DNA of 64,000 nucleotides from Gammaproteobacteria bacterium (lineage in GTDB: Bacteria; Pseudomonadota; Gammaproteobacteria; UBA5861). The notes beneath the pieces are model-generated. The model worked only from the letters and a program-made list of their open reading frames with translations. It was not told the origin of the DNA and searched no databases. Position numbers and translations under genes: made by a program. The stretch covers positions 657 to 64,656 of the forward strand of contig JAKSCV010000073.1 in NCBI GenBank assembly GCA_022360445.1, written 5' to 3'. Numbering within the stretch: position 1 is the stretch's first letter; every line of letters starts with the position of its first letter. This document shows positions 59,444 to 64,000 of the stretch, one piece after another.

Positions 59444-60754
59444 GTGTCTAGTGTCGCTATAGGATTCATTGGTATTTTTGTCTTGCTACTCTTATTGGCG
59501 CTTAAAGTGCCGATTGGGGTCGCGCTTGGACTGGTGTCTTTAACAGGCATCACTATCTTAAGAAGCTTTCAAGCCGCTTACGGAGCGCTGGGCTCTATTC
59601 CGTTTGATTTTGCGGCGCACTGGTCTTTGTCCGCCGTACCCATGTTTTTGCTGATGGGCTCAATTGCCTATCATTCAGGCTTAACGTCCAGTTTGTTTAC
59701 AGCGGCACGGGTTTGGTTAAGCTTTTTGCCGGGTGGGCTGGCAGTGGCCAGTAACTTTGCGTCGGCAGGCTTTGCGGCAGCCTCAGGCTCCAGCCTGGCG
59801 ACAGCCGCTGCGATGGGGCGTTTGGCGATTCCAGAAATGCTCAAGCGCGGTTATGATCCCGCGCTGGCAACGGGTGTGGTCGCAGCAGGGGGAACGTTGG
59901 GTTCACTCATCCCGCCCAGTATTTTAATCGTTTTATACGGCTGGGTTGCTGAGCAGCCCATCGGTAAGCTTCTGATCGCAGGCATTATTCCGGGCATTTT
60001 GACAGCGTTGGTTTATACCGCCATGGTCGTCATTCGTTGTATGGCTAAGCCCGAACTTGCGCCACGCATACATGAAGCGGTGACTTGGAGTGAACGTTGG
60101 ACTGTGCTGAGGCAGGTCTGGCCTTTGCCTCTGCTTATTTTAGGCGTGATTGGGGGTATTTATACCGGATTTACCACGCCGACAGAAGCGGGCGCTTTTG
60201 GTGCGGTTTTGGCGATCGTTATTGCCTTACTGCAAGGTCGGCTCACTAAAGAAGTGGTTAAAAACAGCTTGTCGGAAGCCTTGGAAAGCACATCGGCCAT
60301 TTTCTTTGTGGGTATTGGTGCGGTGCTTTTTGCACGGTTTATTGGTTTTAGTGGTATCCCGGACTACTTGGCCGGTTTTATTGAAGCGTACGCTCTGAAT
60401 CCTTTGGTTTTAGTCATAGGTGCTTCATTGATTTACATCCTCCTGGGCATGTTTTTGGACCCCATTGGCTTGATGCTCATTACCTTGCCGATTTTGTTGC
60501 CCATGTTTGAGGCTGCAAATCTTGATCTGATCTGGATGGGTATCATCATTATCAAATATTTGGAAATTGGGTTGCTAACGCCGCCGGTAGGCTTAAATGC
60601 CTACGTCATTAAAGGGGTGGTTGGGGATCAAGTCGCCTTGAGCACCATCTTTCGGGGGTTGACCTGGTTCATTTTTGCTGAGGCCATCATCATGGCCATA
60701 CTCATCGGTTTTCCGGATATGGTAACCTTTTTGCCTGAATTAATGGCTGATTAG
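59444..60754 (+). CDS. dctM: TRAP transporter large permease (DctM)
   Basis: 436 aa polytopic protein. GTG start at 59444. Confidence 0.85.
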   Translation: MSSVAIGFIGIFVLLLLLALKVPIGVALGLVSLTGITILRSFQAAYGALGSIPFDFAAHWSLSAVPMFLLMGSIAYHSGLTSSLFTAARVWLSFLPGGLAVASNFASAGFAAASGSSLATAAAMGRLAIPEMLKRGYDPALATGVVAAGGTLGSLIPPSILIVLYGWVAEQPIGKLLIAGIIPGILTALVYTAMVVIRCMAKPELAPRIHEAVTWSERWTVLRQVWPLPLLILGVIGGIYTGFTTPTEAGAFGAVLAIVIALLQGRLTKEVVKNSLSEALESTSAIFFVGIGAVLFARFIGFSGIPDYLAGFIEAYALNPLVLVIGASLIYILLGMFLDPIGLMLITLPILLPMFEAANLDLIWMGIIIIKYLEIGLLTPPVGLNAYVIKGVVGDQVALSTIFRGLTWFIFAEAIIMAILIGFPDMVTFLPELMAD

Positions 60755-60765
60755 AGGATTGTTGC

Positions 60766-61908
60766 ATGTACATTAACCGTACGGTCTTTTCAGAAGAGCA
60801 TGAAGCTTATCGGGACACAGTTGCCCGCTTTATGGATGAAGAGCTGGTGCCCTCTCATGCGCAGTGGGAGAAAGAGGGAATCGTTCCCCGCGAAGCCTGG
60901 AAAAAAGCCGGTGATGTCGGCATTTTATTACCGGCCATTCCCGATAAGTACGGTGCCCCGGGTGGGGATCGGCTTTTCTCATCCATCGTCATTGAAGAGC
61001 AGGCCAAACGAGGGTTGTCCGGCCCGGGGTTTACTCTGCACTCTGATATTGTTGCACCTTACATTCTGGCCTACGGAACAGAAGAGCAAAAGCAGGCTTT
61101 CCTTCCGAAGATGGCCGCTGGGGAAATGATTGGCGCTATTGCCATGACTGAGCCCGGTACAGGGAGCGACTTACAGTCTGTAAAAACCACAGCGATCCGC
61201 GAGGGTGACGAATATGTGATCAATGGCCAAAAAACGTTTATTACCAACGGTATTAACAGTGATTTGGTTATTCTTGTCACTAAAACCGCCCCCGATCTGG
61301 GCGCAAAAGGTATTTCATTGATTCTGGTGGAAGCCACGCGAGAAGGTTTTACCAAAGGGCGTAATCTCGACAAAATCGGCATGAAAGCGCAAGATACGGC
61401 CGAGCTCTTTTTTGACAATGTTCGTGTTCCCGTGACAAACCTATTAGGTAAAGAGGGCACCGGCTTTTACATGCTCATGCAGGAGCTTGCGTGGGAGCGT
61501 ATGCAAATTGCGATTGGTGGTATTGCCTCAGCAGAGAGTATCATCGAAGAAACGGCGACTTATACCAAAGAACGAAAAGTCTTTGGTCAACCCATCGCAG
61601 GCTTTCAAAACACACGGTTCAAACTGGCGGAACTCAAAACACAAGTACAAATAGGGCGTGTCTTTGTGGATAAATGCCTTGAGCTGATCATGAAGAAAGA
61701 GCTGGACGCAAGCACCGCGGCTATGGCCAAAATGTGGTGTAGTGACTTAAACTGTAAAGTCATTGATGAGTGCTTACAGCTCCATGGCGGTTATGGCTAC
61801 ATGTGGGAATACCGAGTGGCCAGAGCCTACGCGGATGCTCGCGTTTCCCGAATTTACGGGGGCTCGAATGAAATTATGAAAGAGTTGGTGGCACGTACGT
61901 TTGATTAA
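60766..61908 (+). CDS. Acyl-CoA dehydrogenase of IVD/LCAD-type architecture (Gly at the canonical C-terminal Glu position: IYGGSNEIM; candidate catalytic Glu in the LAWERM helix)
   Basis: 380 aa ACAD. Confidence 0.9.
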   Translation: MYINRTVFSEEHEAYRDTVARFMDEELVPSHAQWEKEGIVPREAWKKAGDVGILLPAIPDKYGAPGGDRLFSSIVIEEQAKRGLSGPGFTLHSDIVAPYILAYGTEEQKQAFLPKMAAGEMIGAIAMTEPGTGSDLQSVKTTAIREGDEYVINGQKTFITNGINSDLVILVTKTAPDLGAKGISLILVEATREGFTKGRNLDKIGMKAQDTAELFFDNVRVPVTNLLGKEGTGFYMLMQELAWERMQIAIGGIASAESIIEETATYTKERKVFGQPIAGFQNTRFKLAELKTQVQIGRVFVDKCLELIMKKELDASTAAMAKMWCSDLNCKVIDECLQLHGGYGYMWEYRVARAYADARVSRIYGGSNEIMKELVARTFD

Positions 61909-61944
61909 TGCCCCTTTGCGGTTGAATAAAAAATAAACACATGA

Positions 61945-61966
61945 GGTCGCGTTCGCGGCCTTTTTT
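61945..61966 (+). terminator. Rho-independent terminator (GGTCGC-gttc-GCGGCC followed by T6) between the two ACAD genes
   Basis: Hairpin with one G-U pair plus a T-run, seen directly. Confidence 0.5.
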
Positions 61967-61981
61967 GATGGGAGGAGACAC

Positions 61982-63136
61982 ATGTTTGATAGAACAATAT
62001 TTAGTGAAGAGCATGAAATTTTTCGCAAAACCGTTGCCCGGTTTGTGGAAGAAGAAATGGTTCCTTATCACGAACAGTGGGAAGAGGACGGTATCGTCCC
62101 TCAATCATTATGGTTGAAAGCCGGTGAGGCCGGGCTGCTATGCCTGACAGTGCCTGAAGCGTATGGTGGCCCTGGCGGTGACCGCTTGCACGCCATTGTG
62201 GTGATTGAGGAAATGGCGAAAAAGAACATCACTGGGCCGGGTTTTTACCTGCACTCCGACATCGTCGCCTCATATCTCATCAATTACGGGACGGAAGAGC
62301 AAAAGAAAAAGTGGTTGCCCAAGTGCGTGTCTGGTGAAGTCATTCTCTCAGTTGGGATGACCGAGCCGGGCGGTGGTAGTGATTTGGCCAACATTAAAAC
62401 GACTGCAATTCGTGATGGCGATGAGTACGTGATCAACGGTCAGAAAACGTTTATTTCCAATGGTCACAACGCAGGTTTGACGGTTCTGGCGGTCAAAACA
62501 GACCCCTCACTAGGGGCCAAGGGTGTCAGCCTCATTCTGGTTGAAAACGATCGCCCTGGGTTTACCAAAGGTCGAAACCTGAAAAAAGTTGGCATGAAAG
62601 CTCAGGATACGGCAGAACTTTTCTTCGACAATGTCCGAGTTCCGGCCAGCAATGTATTGGGGGAAGAAGGTAAGGGTTTCATTATTTTAATGAAGCAACT
62701 CGAGTGGGAACGCATGATTATTGCCGCACATTGTACGGCAACGGCCGAAGCGGCGCTTGAATGGACGATTGACTACGCTAACCAGCGGATGGTGTTTGGC
62801 AAGCCGGTTTCCGATTTCCAAAATACCCGTTTCAAACTCGCAGAGGTGAAAACCAGTCTCACCGTTGGCAGAATTTTTGTTGACCGTTGTCTGGATGCCT
62901 TGATGAAAGGTGAGTTGGACAACGCCACCGCATCCATGGCCAAACTCTGGGGCAGCGAACTCTTGGGCAAAGTTGTCGACGAGTGTGTGCAATTGCATGG
63001 CGGGTATGGCTTTATGTGGGAATATCCTATCGCCAGGGCTTATGCTGATGCGCGTGTGCGGCGAATCGCAGGTGGTTCCAGTGAGGTGATGAAAACCATT
63101 ATTTCCCGCACTATGTTTCCGAAAGAAAGTCGCTGA
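61982..63136 (+). CDS. Acyl-CoA dehydrogenase, paralogue of the previous gene (same IVD/LCAD-type catalytic arrangement: RIAGGSSEVM, LEWERM)
   Basis: 384 aa ACAD. About 50% identical to the upstream copy by eye. Confidence 0.9.
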   Translation: MFDRTIFSEEHEIFRKTVARFVEEEMVPYHEQWEEDGIVPQSLWLKAGEAGLLCLTVPEAYGGPGGDRLHAIVVIEEMAKKNITGPGFYLHSDIVASYLINYGTEEQKKKWLPKCVSGEVILSVGMTEPGGGSDLANIKTTAIRDGDEYVINGQKTFISNGHNAGLTVLAVKTDPSLGAKGVSLILVENDRPGFTKGRNLKKVGMKAQDTAELFFDNVRVPASNVLGEEGKGFIILMKQLEWERMIIAAHCTATAEAALEWTIDYANQRMVFGKPVSDFQNTRFKLAEVKTSLTVGRIFVDRCLDALMKGELDNATASMAKLWGSELLGKVVDECVQLHGGYGFMWEYPIARAYADARVRRIAGGSSEVMKTIISRTMFPKESR

Positions 63137-63238
63137 TCTTTGTCATTGTATGTGGGTCAAAGGTGCTTATTGCGCCTTATCATGCCCTGTTGTTTAGTGG
63201 GCCGTCCACCTTGTACATGAGTGGTTTGGGAGTGAAAT

Positions 63239-64000
63239 ATGGACTACCAATGCATCCAAGTAAACAAAATTGCAGGGGCACTGGGGGCAGAGGTTTCCGG
63301 TGTTGATTTATCACAACCACTTTCGGATGAGGTGATTGCAGAAATCCGCAAGGCCTGGTTAGAAAACCTGGTGATTTTTTTTCGTAACCAGGAAGTCACC
63401 CCTAAGCAACAACTAGCCTTTGCTGAACGTTTTGGTGAAATTGATATTTACCCCATGCTCCAGGGCATAGAAGGCTACCCTCAGATTGCACCGGTCCTGA
63501 AGTTGGAGCACGAAACAGTCAATTTTGGTGGTTTATGGCACTCGGACACCAGTTACCTTCAAATCCCACCCATGGCAGGCATTTTACTCGCACGAGACGT
63601 GCCTCCTTATGGGGGAGATACCTTGTTTGCTAATATGTATATGGCTTATGAGGCACTTTCTTCCGGCATGAAAAAAGCGTTGGAAGGGCTGGTTGGCATC
63701 AACAGCTCGGCCAGTGCTGAGGTGTCTAAAACCCGTGAAGATCGAGTACAAACCGCTGCAACTGAGTTTAGCCGCCAAGAGTTGATCGGCGAACACCCTG
63801 TGATCCGGACTCATTCTGAAACCGGTAAAAAATTACTTTATGTCAACCGGGGACACACCCAGCGTTTCAAAGGCTTTACCGAAGATGAAAGTCGTCCGAT
63901 TTTGGACTATCTCTTCACGCACCAAGTAAGGCCTGAGTTCACTTGCCGGTTCCGTTGGGAGCCTGGCTCTATAGCGTTTTGGGATAATCGCAGCGCCCAG
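63239..64000 (+). CDS. TauD/TfdA-family Fe(II)/2-oxoglutarate dioxygenase. The 3' end is truncated by the window edge.
   Basis: Hand translation MDYQCIQVNKIAGALGAEVSGVDL...WHSDTSY (HxD iron-binding motif). The reading frame is open to the window end. Confidence 0.75.
   Translation, partial: MDYQCIQVNKIAGALGAEVSGVDLSQPLSDEVIAEIRKAWLENLVIFFRNQEVTPKQQLAFAERFGEIDIYPMLQGIEGYPQIAPVLKLEHETVNFGGLWHSDTSYLQIPPMAGILLARDVPPYGGDTLFANMYMAYEALSSGMKKALEGLVGINSSASAEVSKTREDRVQTAATEFSRQELIGEHPVIRTHSETGKKLLYVNRGHTQRFKGFTEDESRPILDYLFTHQVRPEFTCRFRWEPGSIAFWDNRSAQ

Overview
The 64-kb window looks like core chromosome of a gammaproteobacterium (Pseudomonas/Oceanospirillales-like gene content, about 50% GC). It is densely coding on both strands. 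I found no rRNA, tRNA, CRISPR array, integron or intact IS/prophage. There is one AT-rich insertion of about 0.7 kb.

Genes in order:
- A truncated menB 3' end.
- The conserved der-bamB-yfgM-hisS-rodZ-pilF/pilW-rlmN-ndk block. ispG is missing from its usual slot between rodZ and hisS.
- rpmB-rpmG with an intrinsic terminator.
- An uncharacterised acyl-CoA module: two tandem MaoC hot-dog hydratase genes plus a family-III CoA-transferase, divergent from an acyl-CoA dehydrogenase and a nitroreductase.
- A complete purine catabolism and salvage supercluster of about 19 kb (puuE, puuD, allA, alc, uraD, a GntR regulator, a uric acid permease, hiuH, xdhABC, a CDA-fold guaD, a BMP-type nucleoside ABC transporter, adenine/adenosine deaminase, and an 8-oxoguanine-deaminase-like amidohydrolase).
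- An orphan prepilin-like gene and an NTF2-like gene.
- recC-recB-recD.
- A Liv/Urt-type (HAAT family) ABC transporter whose binding protein carries a Tat signal.
- cbrX-cbrA-cbrB (a small membrane ORF translationally coupled to an SLC5-fused sensor kinase, then a sigma-54 response regulator), followed by a soluble PAS histidine kinase where Pseudomonas has crcZ.
- A 3-hydroxyisobutyrate-dehydrogenase-like gene, xerD, a TRAP transporter (dctPQM), two paralogous acyl-CoA dehydrogenases separated by a terminator, and a truncated TauD/TfdA dioxygenase.

I did not find a clear candidate for a wholly new multi-gene system such as a defence island. The most interesting unexplained items are:
- the MaoC x2 / CoA-transferase / ACAD / nitroreductase module;
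- the AT-rich insert with an orphan ORF;
- the orphan pilin-like gene;
- palindromic operator-like sites in the liv/cbrX divergent region and at the gntR/uacT promoter;
- the TRAP / ACAD pair / TauD island at the 3' end.

The supplied ORF track appears to call TTG and GTG starts as M. Where noted, I chose verified internal ATG starts instead.
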